Of a stretch of 37,433 nucleotides of DNA, positions 8,343 to 17,734 are shown piece by piece (the first letter of the stretch is position 1; each line of letters starts with the position of its first letter). Made by a program: the position numbers and the translations under genes. The notes under the pieces were generated by a model. That model saw only the letters and a program-made list of their open reading frames with translations, did not search any database and had not been told where the DNA came from. This DNA comes from a virus (Duplodnaviria > Caudoviricetes), in the IMG/VR virus record IMGVR_UViG_3300031949_001698, positions 1-37,433 of that record; one strand, 5' to 3'.

Positions 8343-8431
8343 GCACAGCCGCAAGAGAGTCGGCAGAGCAAATGATAGATATACTTGAGCGGATAGCGGT
8401 AGAGTTTGATGAGGCCGGGAACAAGATATGA
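8339..8431 (+). CDS. 30-aa hypothetical peptide
   Basis: AGGAGG RBS; ATGA overlaps at both ends; MSTAARESAEQMIDILERIAVEFDEAGNKI. Confidence 0.55.
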   Translation: MSTAARESAEQMIDILERIAVEFDEAGNKI

Positions 8432-8784
8432 CGCATACTGACTTACAACGATCAATCTTAGGTTATCTATTAATTAAAGGCTTCTGGGCTTACCAGAGTG
8501 CGAATAGAGGTTGGTATGACCCTAAGCGCAAAGTTTTTATTCCCAGCCCTGTCAGGGGCGTTCCTGATATTACTGGAGCGACAAAAGCTGGGAGATTGTT
8601 TTATGTGGAGGTTAAAGCCGGCGGGGATACTTTAAAAGAAGACCAGATAAACTGGTTTATAGCTTGTAAAAAACGGGAGATTCCCTGTTTTTGTGCATAT
8701 AGTTTAGAAGAATTTGTAGTATGGTTTAAAAGTGAGGACTTAACCATCCAGGCATTTAATAAAAAGGCGGTGGAAAGATTATGA
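8428..8784 (+). CDS. VRR-NUC domain nuclease / resolvase
   Basis: GVPDI...FYVEVKAGGDTLKEDQINW. Confidence 0.85.
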   Translation: MTHTDLQRSILGYLLIKGFWAYQSANRGWYDPKRKVFIPSPVRGVPDITGATKAGRLFYVEVKAGGDTLKEDQINWFIACKKREIPCFCAYSLEEFVVWFKSEDLTIQAFNKKAVERL

Positions 8785-8948
8785 GAAAAGAGCGAGATTT
8801 ATCCAGGCTTAAACCTAGAGATGCCTATAAAATATGGCTTAGATATTGCGGCGTAAGCATAACAGGACACGGACAGGGAAATATTTACAATCGGTTTCCA
8901 AATTGGCCATGAGACGGCAAAGAAAAGATATAAAAAAGGAGGCTAATT

Positions 8949-9059
8949 ATGCTACCAAATTATAATACTACAGACTGGCAAACAATTATAATTTTTATTT
9001 TGATTTCGTTTTCTGTAATAATTTTTATCAGGAAAAGGGATTTGAAAAATGGCAAGTAA
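8949..9059 (+). CDS. 36-aa single-pass membrane peptide
   Basis: AAGGAGG RBS; MLPNYNTTDWQTIIIFILISFSVIIFIRKRDLKNGK. Confidence 0.6.
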   Translation: MLPNYNTTDWQTIIIFILISFSVIIFIRKRDLKNGK

Positions 9060-9798
9060 AACAAAAATCAAATATGCAGACAAAGTAGCAAATCCATATT
9101 CAGGCTGCCAGCTCTGTTCCGCCGGCTGCCTAAATTGCTACGCTCTCAAAGCTGCCGAACACCCAAGACTAAGGGGGAAATATGGGTATCCATTGGATGA
9201 CCCGTTTCGGCCAGGCGTTTACCATCCAGGCTGGGAAAGAGGTTTGGGCGGAAAGCCAAGTATTGTTTTTGTTGGCAGCATGACAGACATGTTTGGTCAA
9301 TGGATGACGTTTAGTCAGATAGATAATGTCATTACAAGATGTGCTTCGAAAAACATTAATCTGTTTTTGACTAAACGACCAAAAAGGATGGGGGAATACC
9401 TTAACCATGACATTTTGGGCGAAATTCTATTCCTAAATTTCTATTTTGGCGTTTCGATTTGCAATCAAGCAGACTGGGATAAAAACCGCAAAGCTCTTAA
9501 AATCATTAAAGGCTTTGGTTTTAAGACATGGATTTCTTTTGAGCCTTTGTTAGAAAAAATTAGTTTAGGTGCCACCCCGCTGCCTGCTGACAGAATAATA
9601 ATTGGCGGAGAATCTGGTCATAAGGCAAGACCTATGCGCTCGGAGTGGGCTTTATGCCTTAAGGATAGGGCAGAAAAAGAAAATATCCCAGTGTGGTTTA
9701 AACAACCAGGCGACTGGGCTGAGAAGAATTTAGATTGGAACGATTATTCCAAATATCCAAAAATAACCGAGATAAAACCAATGGAATTTTGGAGATAG
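9049..9798 (+). CDS. Phage Gp37/Gp68 (DUF5131) radical-SAM-like protein
   Basis: NPYSGCQLCSAGCLNCYA, VFVGSMTDMF, LTKRP, ISFEPLL, IIGGESG, WFKQ. Confidence 0.9.
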   Translation: MASKTKIKYADKVANPYSGCQLCSAGCLNCYALKAAEHPRLRGKYGYPLDDPFRPGVYHPGWERGLGGKPSIVFVGSMTDMFGQWMTFSQIDNVITRCASKNINLFLTKRPKRMGEYLNHDILGEILFLNFYFGVSICNQADWDKNRKALKIIKGFGFKTWISFEPLLEKISLGATPLPADRIIIGGESGHKARPMRSEWALCLKDRAEKENIPVWFKQPGDWAEKNLDWNDYSKYPKITEIKPMEFWR

Positions 9799-9802
9799 GG
9801 AA

Positions 9803-9973
9803 ATGGAAGCAAACCATGAAATAGGATTTTGTATCCTTTGTGAAATTTTGCTTTTGGAAACCGAACTAAATTATTTAAATAATGAGAAAAGGCCAGGAGG
9901 TTTAATTCTTTGCACAAAATGTTACCGCTTTGCGTTAAAAGAAAGGAATAAAATAAAATATTCTCAGAGGTAA
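9803..9973 (+). CDS. 56-aa zinc-finger protein (below ORF-track cutoff)
   Basis: Hand translation MEANHEIGFCILCE...LILCTKCYRF...SQR*. Confidence 0.65.
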   Translation: MEANHEIGFCILCEILLLETELNYLNNEKRPGGLILCTKCYRFALKERNKIKYSQR

Positions 9974-9979
9974 ATAAAA

Positions 9980-10171
9980 ATGAAAATATCAAAGGCAGGA
10001 TTAGCAAAAAGATTAAGCGGGGGAGGAGTGGGAGAAATCTCTGTCTGCCCCGTGGCTTTTTATGGAAAAACGGGGAAAATTGCAAAATATTTAAATTGCA
10101 AAACTTGTGATAGCCAAAACAACGCTAGAAGGGCAAAATGCTGGCTAAAACTTTTTGAGGTTATTGCATGA
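9980..10171 (+). CDS. Small Cys-containing hypothetical protein
   Basis: GAGGT RBS; four Cys including CKTC; ATGA overlap with the next gene. Confidence 0.6.
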   Translation: MKISKAGLAKRLSGGGVGEISVCPVAFYGKTGKIAKYLNCKTCDSQNNARRAKCWLKLFEVIA

Positions 10172-10395
10172 AAATTTATAATCAATCAGTATTTGATGCC
10201 TGGCCACTTGAGGATAACAGCGTGCAGTCTGTTATCACTAGCCCCCCATATTGGCAAAAGCGGTGGTATGATATTCCAACAATTAATATTGCCGGCTGGG
10301 AAGGTCAATATGGCTGGGAGCCGACAGTAGCAAAATACGTAGAGCACACGCTGCTGCGGCAGCGGAACTACTTTATTGGTAGCGGAAACAAATAG
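10168..10395 (+). pseudogene. Truncated N4-C/N6-A DNA methyltransferase (beta class, N-terminal part only)
   Basis: LEDNSVQSVITSPPYW...GWEPT...YV; stops at 75 aa with no SAM-binding DPFxGxG motif. Confidence 0.75.
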
Positions 10396-10461
10396 TAGAG
10401 AAGGAATAGGTATAGATTTAGGGTATGAAAATATACGGGAAGAAAGGCTGGGGTTATTAAA

Positions 10462-10812
10462 ATGAAAAATAATTTTTTTGACTTTGTTTTAGCTATTTGT
10501 TTATGTTTGCTCATCGGCATGTTCTTTCTATGGCAGGAAGTTAAAAAAGAAGCGGTTAGACTTGATAATTTTGCTAAATCAGAAATCAGTTTGCAGTCGC
10601 CGGGGGAAGTGCTAGAGCGGGAAATTGCCAAAATTAATTATGATTATCCATATCTCTACTGGCAAACTGAGCTTGGTCATGATGATATTGATAAAATCAT
10701 AACAGGCGTCTGGCCAATTACGCCGGCTTTGGCAGAGAAACTTGAAAAGGCATTCCCCTATTTCCCCGCCGGAGCATGGATGAGGTTGCAGCAGAACTGG
10801 GAGGGGAAATGA
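10462..10812 (+). CDS. HigA-like HTH protein with N-terminal transmembrane helix
   Basis: Hydrophobic FFDFVLAICLCLLIGMFFLW, then SPGEVLE...IITGVWPITPALAEKLEKAF...WMRLQQNWE, matching the HigA antidote pattern. Confidence 0.7.
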   Translation: MKNNFFDFVLAICLCLLIGMFFLWQEVKKEAVRLDNFAKSEISLQSPGEVLEREIAKINYDYPYLYWQTELGHDDIDKIITGVWPITPALAEKLEKAFPYFPAGAWMRLQQNWEGK

Positions 10813-10841
10813 AAAAAATAAAGAAATTAGGTTTTACTTAA

Positions 10842-12194
10842 GTGAATGAATTAGACTTTAACGTAAAAGTCCCGCCTCATAGTATTGAGGCGGAAATTAC
10901 CGTACTAGGCGCTATGCTCTTAGATGAACGGGCAGTGCCCAAAGCCATTGAGCTTCTTCGTCCTCAGCATTTCTACAAAGAAACACACCGTAAAATCTTT
11001 TTGGCGCTCTGTGAACTTTTTGAAAAAAATATTCCTACCGACCTTTTGGCTTTAAGAGAAGAGCTGAAAAAGCGGGATGAACTGGAAACCGTAGGCGGCA
11101 CTGTTTATCTAAGCACCCTGGTCAACAGCGTGGCCACCGCTGCGAATATTGAATACTATGCCGGCATAATTAAGGAAAAAGCCAGCAAAAGGGCTATCAT
11201 CATGGAATTAGGCGATGTAATTTCTGATGCTTATGACCCAGCTATTGAAACAAAAGAATTATTAATCAAGACAGAAAAAAGTCTTTTTAATATCCAAAAA
11301 AATGAAAATAAGCACAACATAACTCATGTGTCTGAGATAGTGGATTCTGTCATGGAAAAAATAGAAAAATTACTCGATGATAAAATTGAAAGGTGTATCG
11401 GAATACCCACAGGTCTAAGAGACATTGACAATATAATCAGAGGAGTCAGAGTCAAGAATCTAGTTGTTATTGCTGGCAGACCTGGAAGAGGTAAATCAGC
11501 ATTTATGTCAACTATGGCCATAAATTCTGCAATCATAAATTCACATAAATACAAAAATTTAATATTTAGTATAGAAATGACACAAGAAGAAATAGTTATG
11601 CGAATGCTTTCCGAGCTTGGATTGTTCGATCCTCTGGCTACCAGGGAAGGCTATTGGACTGAGCGGTTTAAAAGCATAACCGATGCCGCTGATAGATTAA
11701 GAAATGCGCCGATTTGGATAGATGACAGCAGGGGGAAAGATGTTAATGCTTTAAATCTAAGGTCTAAAATTATGCAGCATCGATATAAACATGGAGTTGA
11801 TATTGTTTATGTTGACCATTTGCAGCGGATACCTCTACCGCCGGATAAATATATAAATGAAGCCTCTCGCCGAGGCATGATTGTTTCTGAACTTAAAAAC
11901 ATGGCCGGCGAATTCGAAATACCGATAATATTGCTGTCTCAACTAAATAGGGATATAGAAAAAGAACACAGGCAGCCATTATTGTCAGATTTAAGGGATA
12001 CGGGTATAACGGATCATGAGGCTGACTTAGTATTAATGCTCTGGGAAAAAGAACAACAGACCGAAATATTAATAGCTAAAAATAGAATGGGCGGCGCTGG
12101 CAAAAGCATCAAAGTTAAGTTTAATAAAGCTTTTACGCTTTTTGAGGACGCTGATGAAGACTATAATGAGGAGAGGAAGGATATAGTAAATTGA
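10842..12194 (+). CDS. dnaB: Replicative DNA helicase
   Basis: PPHSIEAE, Walker A GRPGRGKS, FSIEM, YVDHLQ, LSQLNR, LSDLRDTG, IAKNRMG. Confidence 0.97.
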   Translation: MNELDFNVKVPPHSIEAEITVLGAMLLDERAVPKAIELLRPQHFYKETHRKIFLALCELFEKNIPTDLLALREELKKRDELETVGGTVYLSTLVNSVATAANIEYYAGIIKEKASKRAIIMELGDVISDAYDPAIETKELLIKTEKSLFNIQKNENKHNITHVSEIVDSVMEKIEKLLDDKIERCIGIPTGLRDIDNIIRGVRVKNLVVIAGRPGRGKSAFMSTMAINSAIINSHKYKNLIFSIEMTQEEIVMRMLSELGLFDPLATREGYWTERFKSITDAADRLRNAPIWIDDSRGKDVNALNLRSKIMQHRYKHGVDIVYVDHLQRIPLPPDKYINEASRRGMIVSELKNMAGEFEIPIILLSQLNRDIEKEHRQPLLSDLRDTGITDHEADLVLMLWEKEQQTEILIAKNRMGGAGKSIKVKFNKAFTLFEDADEDYNEERKDIVN

Positions 12195-12283
12195 ATGAAT
12201 TTTCTAAAACAATAGGTTTCGCTTTTATCATCTTTGATTTAATTTGTATAGTTATTATTTTCTATTACAGGACGAAAGATTAA
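12191..12283 (+). CDS. 30-aa membrane peptide
   Basis: TTG start overlaps the dnaB stop; NEFSKTIGFAFIIFDLICIVIIFYYRTKD; its stop overlaps the convergent stop. Confidence 0.45.
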   Translation: MNEFSKTIGFAFIIFDLICIVIIFYYRTKD

Positions 12284-12891
12284 TTAATCTTCTTCTTCCT
12301 GAAAATCTCATAAATCTCTTCCGTTACCTGGTATGCTTTTATTGTATGCCGTCCAGCTAAATCCCCACTATTAGCAGCAGGGCTATAATTTCCGGTTGAA
12401 AGCAAAACATCTCGGAGGGTTTTCAATGCCTGGCAATATTTTTGAAGCTTAAATGGATCGCATTCATGTCGTTTAATCTTATCTTTGCTTATTGCTGCGT
12501 CGGTCATCTCAGATATAATTATAGTTAGCTTGCGGATATTTAACTCTAACGAAATCGGGAACATCTCTTTAAACTGAGATATTTTAACAAAATCTAATTC
12601 GCTATATTCCCCCGCCACAGCTATTGTTTCAATCGGGATATTCGTTTTCTCCGCTAATTCAAATAAGTTTTGCACTTGATTATTATGAATGAACTTCAAA
12701 ATATTCCTTAATGCCTCTTCAGAGGTTACAGGGATTACTTCTTGTTTCTGGGGAGCGGCGAGAACCATAGCCGTAGAAACTTTCTCGTTTTGGGGGGTAT
12801 CAACACAAGGGGGCGATACCAAAGTCGCTTCTACGGGCTTTAAAACAGCCTTTTTGGGTTTTTTGGGGGGGGTGGTTTTAGTTTTTGGCAT
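12280..12891 (-). CDS. Hypothetical protein, possible HTH (candidate displaced terminase small subunit)
   Basis: Lys/Pro-rich N-terminus, LFELAEKTNIPIETI HTH-like segment, helical core; last gene of the late operon. Confidence 0.5.
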   Translation of the reverse strand: MPKTKTTPPKKPKKAVLKPVEATLVSPPCVDTPQNEKVSTAMVLAAPQKQEVIPVTSEEALRNILKFIHNNQVQNLFELAEKTNIPIETIAVAGEYSELDFVKISQFKEMFPISLELNIRKLTIIISEMTDAAISKDKIKRHECDPFKLQKYCQALKTLRDVLLSTGNYSPAANSGDLAGRHTIKAYQVTEEIYEIFRKKKIN

Positions 12892-12900
12892 TTTATAGCC

Positions 12901-15900
12901 TTATTTGTTTAGGAATATAGGGTGGATAAACATTCTGGAAATATCTTTTTTATTTGGCTCTAAAACAGATTCACCTAATCTTTTCATTTGTAATGCTCCG
13001 GGTATCCCGCTGTAGTTAACTAAAAGATTAAGTGGCATATCTATAAATAGTCGGTTAAAAGCTTTTTCCCTGGTCTTATCATTTTGGGAATAGTACAGAT
13101 TAAATAAATTTTGGTAAACATCTTTTGATTGTTCTCCACCAGAACCTAGCACTCCGCCCTTATACCATTCTTTTAACATTGTCCCTGCACGCATTTTATC
13201 AAATATCTGGTATCCCGTATAGGTTTTACCACCCGTAACAACAGCAGGCGCACCAAATTCATGTAAAAGCCCAAGTCCCGCTTCTATCCTATTCCCAACT
13301 TTTAGAGGCAATCCGTCTTGCGTGTAACCTGTTTTAAATCTATACCAAAGCTCTGGCAGATAAGTTGTAAATTTATTCCATTCAAACGATTTGAATTTAA
13401 ACATAAATCTTAAAGCGGGGTCTCTTAATATTTTAGACCTACCGAAAACACTTGGGTCATATTGGCTTATTGTCGCTGGGTTATAAACACCCAAGATATA
13501 TTTCTCCGCTTGTTCCTTCGTCCAATCTCCAGATTTTATATAATCCTGGGCTTGCAACCAAGCTCCATTAATCGTAGCTTTGACTGTTTTACGTTGAGAA
13601 GCATTAAATAGTTTTGGTTGTCCTACACCTTTATTAAAATCTGGCAATTCACCTTCGCCACCGGTATAAATAGAAAGACCACGAGATTTTATTTGCTCCT
13701 GGTATCCAGGGTCTTTTTTTAAAATTTCCAATAACTCCGGTGGGGATTGCATAAAAAATCCCTTAATTGTATTCCTAGCCCCTATTACTGGCCAGTTTTG
13801 GAAAACCTGGGTTAAGTTTTGTTCTGCTAATCCAGGATTATATTCAAAAAGACCTTTCATTTGCCTACGAGAAAGTTCTCCTGTGATTTCTCTGCTAACT
13901 CGGTATCTGGGGTTTGCTCTAAAAAATTGGAGCATATTATTTATGGAATTATCAACGGCTTCTTCTACCGGAGTAGGCTCTCTGGATATTTCATATTTAA
14001 GAACATTATCTATTTCTCTTTGAATCGGCTTTGATAATACACCTGCTTTTCTCAAAATATTATATTTAAAAAGCATTTCTTTAGTTGGTTCTGCTGTGAA
14101 CATATAGTCATTATAATATTTAAGCCTAGCTGCCATAGTTATAAATGGGTCTAATACTCTGCTTTCACCTGTGGATAATCTTTGTTTGTGGGGGCCAATT
14201 GTTTTCTCACCTAAAATCTCTCTCCTAATATCATTGCTAGGGATATTCCCCATATAGATTTCTTGTAGTTTGTCAGCATTGGTTAACCAGAATTGGTAAA
14301 ACTGAATTTTATTAAGAGGTTTTTCGCCTAGTGATTGCTTTAACTCGTTTTCTCTCACAAAAATCTCCTCCATAATTGTTCTGTAGGTAGAAAAAACCCT
14401 TTTCTCAAAATCTGTCCCTTTAAAATTATCATTATTTAAATTTGGATCTGTAATTTTAAGTCCAAAATCATCTAAATATTTTTGTTTAATATCTTTAGCC
14501 GATTTTGAAAATTCAGATTGTCTCAACATCCTATTTCTTATTTCATTTGTAACTTCCAAAACATCAACATTCCTACTTACGACTTCTTTTGAAGCGTCAA
14601 TAAGTTTTGATAATAATGGTCTGACCCCAATTTTATCTAATGCGACATCGGCTGATTTATATTTTAGTGATAACGTAGGATCTTTGAGTCCTTGTTCAAA
14701 AACACCAGCTTTTGCTAATTCAGGAACTTCTTTGCGCCAAGCTTTTTCTCTTTCTGGGGTAGAAATATCATCCTGGAAAAATGATTCCAATTCTAACTGA
14801 GCTTTTTTATTTGTTTTACCGGCTAACGACGGCAGCTTAAATTGTTCTTTAATAATTCTTCCCGCTTTACTCATGCCCATAAAATCCATTATTTCATCTT
14901 CGGGATAATATCCTTCAGCCTTCCCTTTAACCGTTGTCATTGGTTTTACTTGTTCTGCCGGTGGGATTTCCCCTATAAAATTTGTTGGTTTTGGTTCAAT
15001 AACTGGCTTTTCCGCCGGCATTGGGGGGGGGGTAGCTGACTTTACAGGAGAAATAGGTTGACCTTTATATGGCTGGTACTCTTCTTTAGATTTAAACTCG
15101 TCCACTTTCCTTAATTCAGGGTTCATTACTTTTAGCTTCTCGTTCTTAAGCCTTAGCCCTTGCCTAAAATTATCTACATATTTGCTCTCAGGTGTTCCTT
15201 TTGTGAGTTCCTCTGCTTTTGCCAAGATTTCATTATCAGTCAAATTCTCAAGTCCTTTAGCTTTTGCCCAACCTGATAGCTTTAAAGCAACGTTTGGTAT
15301 CTGGTAAATAAGATGGTTTAAAAGAAATGCCGCCCCGCCAACAGCCATATTCTGATACCGCTCTTCCTCTGTTTTAGCTGGCTGCAAAGCCCCTATCCCA
15401 ACACCTAATGCTGTAGGAGATAAAGATTTGCGAATGAAGGAAGCGCTTTTGCCGCCGCCAATAATTCTAGATGCTTTTCCTAATCCTATCCCTATAACAC
15501 CAGCTTCCAAAATATCTTTACTCTTTGGGTTAACAGAAAACAATGCTTTATCCGCTCCAAAGGTAAGGAAATCTTTTATCGCTTCTGATGCGATTTCTTT
15601 GTTATCCATTAAAATTTTAAACTCTCCAGATATTTCTTTGGAACCAGAAGGCAGTTTGCCAGAGCTTAAAGCTTTTTGTATTAACCCTAATCTTACGCCA
15701 TACCCAGATAAATGTGCTAATGAACTTATAACTTCATCTTTTACTGTCATGCCCGGTAATATCCCTGGCTCAGGGGCATATTTACCGCCAACGCCGGAAA
15801 CAAATTGACTGCCATAATGTTCCGCTCTTGTCTGTTTCCTAATAGGGGAATAAGATTTGTCTATTTCTTCCGAAACTATCCTTAACTCTTCTTTTTGCTC

Positions 15901-16233
15901 CGGAGATAATTCATAATCTGTCATTCCTAATTCTGCTTGGCGCATCCTTAAATATTGCGGATAACCTTCTGTTATTGACCGTCTTATTATGTCCACCTTT
16001 TTGCTCATTGGAACTTTTGGGTTTAACATTAAAGGTAAAGATTTTTTAGGCGGCGCAGGGGGTAAAGGGACATGAGAAGGCGTCGTTATCATCGGATTAT
16101 AGTTATCTATTTCTTTTTGGGATAAAGAAAGTGCAATGGTTTTTGGATTATAGTTATCGATTTCCTCTTGGGTTAGCGAAAAGGCAGGGATAGAAGGATT
16201 ATAAGCATCTATTTCTTCTTGAGTTAATACCAT
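12901..16233 (-). CDS. Large internal virion / DNA ejection protein
   Basis: 1110 aa, helical with Gly-rich hydrophobic segments; third of three genes of increasing size after the nozzle, as in podoviruses. Confidence 0.65.
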   Translation of the reverse strand: MVLTQEEIDAYNPSIPAFSLTQEEIDNYNPKTIALSLSQKEIDNYNPMITTPSHVPLPPAPPKKSLPLMLNPKVPMSKKVDIIRRSITEGYPQYLRMRQAELGMTDYELSPEQKEELRIVSEEIDKSYSPIRKQTRAEHYGSQFVSGVGGKYAPEPGILPGMTVKDEVISSLAHLSGYGVRLGLIQKALSSGKLPSGSKEISGEFKILMDNKEIASEAIKDFLTFGADKALFSVNPKSKDILEAGVIGIGLGKASRIIGGGKSASFIRKSLSPTALGVGIGALQPAKTEEERYQNMAVGGAAFLLNHLIYQIPNVALKLSGWAKAKGLENLTDNEILAKAEELTKGTPESKYVDNFRQGLRLKNEKLKVMNPELRKVDEFKSKEEYQPYKGQPISPVKSATPPPMPAEKPVIEPKPTNFIGEIPPAEQVKPMTTVKGKAEGYYPEDEIMDFMGMSKAGRIIKEQFKLPSLAGKTNKKAQLELESFFQDDISTPEREKAWRKEVPELAKAGVFEQGLKDPTLSLKYKSADVALDKIGVRPLLSKLIDASKEVVSRNVDVLEVTNEIRNRMLRQSEFSKSAKDIKQKYLDDFGLKITDPNLNNDNFKGTDFEKRVFSTYRTIMEEIFVRENELKQSLGEKPLNKIQFYQFWLTNADKLQEIYMGNIPSNDIRREILGEKTIGPHKQRLSTGESRVLDPFITMAARLKYYNDYMFTAEPTKEMLFKYNILRKAGVLSKPIQREIDNVLKYEISREPTPVEEAVDNSINNMLQFFRANPRYRVSREITGELSRRQMKGLFEYNPGLAEQNLTQVFQNWPVIGARNTIKGFFMQSPPELLEILKKDPGYQEQIKSRGLSIYTGGEGELPDFNKGVGQPKLFNASQRKTVKATINGAWLQAQDYIKSGDWTKEQAEKYILGVYNPATISQYDPSVFGRSKILRDPALRFMFKFKSFEWNKFTTYLPELWYRFKTGYTQDGLPLKVGNRIEAGLGLLHEFGAPAVVTGGKTYTGYQIFDKMRAGTMLKEWYKGGVLGSGGEQSKDVYQNLFNLYYSQNDKTREKAFNRLFIDMPLNLLVNYSGIPGALQMKRLGESVLEPNKKDISRMFIHPIFLNK

Positions 16234-17723
16234 TATTTTTTGTCTCTATTACGTAATTCCAAAATATATTCAATCGCCTGTTCTCTCGTACTGCCTTTTC
16301 TTTTTTCCATTAATTTTTTAATATCTTCTTCTGAAATCTCTTCTTGCAAAGATGGGAATTGGCTTTTGTTTTGAGGCAAAGGTGCGGGTCTTGTTATTTC
16401 TATTTTGGGAATCTCCGGGCCTCCAGTGATAGCGTCAGGGAATATCCCCATAATATTGTCCAGAATTGTTTTATCGCCAGCATCTATAGCGCTCTGGAGA
16501 ATGGATACATATTCAGAATCTAATAGCGCTAACTTTTTTAATAATTCTTTAATTGTATTGTTATCTCTAGGTTGTAGGCTATTTTTAATATCATCTTTAA
16601 TAAAAACAGCAATTGATTCTGCCAATTGATAGGCTTTCTCCGCTTGTTTTGCCCTAGCTTGAAGCACGCTATTGTTAGGATATTTGGCTTTAAGATCCAT
16701 TTGGGTTTTCCAGATTTCCTGCCTCTGTTTAAGTAAAGCAACAGCGGCTTTATTTCTCTCCTCGGCAATCTGTTTTGCGGTGGCTGTCCTCATTTCCGTT
16801 GTCGTTATTTGCGTTGCAAGCCTTGCTGCCGTATCTGGAGAAACACCTTTAACCTCTCCTACCTCTGTCGTAGGGGGCTTAGCTTCTATTCTAATACCTG
16901 TGTCAGGGTCAATCAACCATTCATTATTATTGACATCGAACAGATAGAATTTGCCAGCGGCAAAATCATACGTCTGCTTGACATTAACTTTAAGGGGCTT
17001 ATCCTCGGTATATGTTTTAAACATATACCATTGGTCAGGTGGTATGTCGGCAAGTAATTTATTCTTCTCTCGTCTGCTAATGGTTTCATCAGACATCATG
17101 TCCAAAACATTTTTAAACTTCTCTCTATATATCGGGGCAGCTATCCCCTGTATCTTTTTGCTGCTTGGAGTATAACCAGAAATTTCCGGACGTTCTAATT
17201 GGGACAAAGCAGTCTTATAATCTATTTGCCCAGCAGAATACAACCCCATGATATCTGCTGCTCTTTCTTCTGCTTCAGATAATTTTTGCATATCTTGTTG
17301 TTCAGGGATGGCTTTAAGAGTTGCGGTCATTTCTCTAATCGCTGGCTCATCGGAATATTGGGCAATCTTAGGATTTGTTTGTAGCTGACTGAGGACTTCA
17401 GAGAGGGTTGAAGCACGCATTACATGAGGTTCTGACGGACGCATTATAGGAGCAGAAAGAGAACTCATACGCTCTGCTGCAAATTTAGTAGCATTTTGTC
17501 TATTTTCAAATTCTTGATTAGCTAAGTTACCTTGCTCTTCTTGTTGCTCTAATATTCTTTTCCTTATTGGAGCTTCCTCTTTCTGCCAGCCTTGCTCTTG
17601 TTTCCGGCGTTCTTCTTCTGCTCTCCTAAGTTTCATGCCCTCTATTGTTGAAAGCAGAGAGAGGATGTCCGCAAAGGTTATTTGAGGTTGTTTGTTCTGT
17701 CCGGGGATAAATAAATTAGGCAT
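16233..17723 (-). CDS. Internal virion / DNA ejection protein
   Basis: Gln/Glu coiled-coil composition; position; TAATG coupling to the next gene. Confidence 0.6.
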   Translation of the reverse strand: MPNLFIPGQNKQPQITFADILSLLSTIEGMKLRRAEEERRKQEQGWQKEEAPIRKRILEQQEEQGNLANQEFENRQNATKFAAERMSSLSAPIMRPSEPHVMRASTLSEVLSQLQTNPKIAQYSDEPAIREMTATLKAIPEQQDMQKLSEAEERAADIMGLYSAGQIDYKTALSQLERPEISGYTPSSKKIQGIAAPIYREKFKNVLDMMSDETISRREKNKLLADIPPDQWYMFKTYTEDKPLKVNVKQTYDFAAGKFYLFDVNNNEWLIDPDTGIRIEAKPPTTEVGEVKGVSPDTAARLATQITTTEMRTATAKQIAEERNKAAVALLKQRQEIWKTQMDLKAKYPNNSVLQARAKQAEKAYQLAESIAVFIKDDIKNSLQPRDNNTIKELLKKLALLDSEYVSILQSAIDAGDKTILDNIMGIFPDAITGGPEIPKIEITRPAPLPQNKSQFPSLQEEISEEDIKKLMEKRKGSTREQAIEYILELRNRDKK

Positions 17724-17734
17724 AATTTAAACTC

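Noticed and set aside
8781-8946. 43-aa ORF possibly frameshifted into QDTDREIFTIGFQIG...
   Set aside because: No slippery site or homology evidence is visible.
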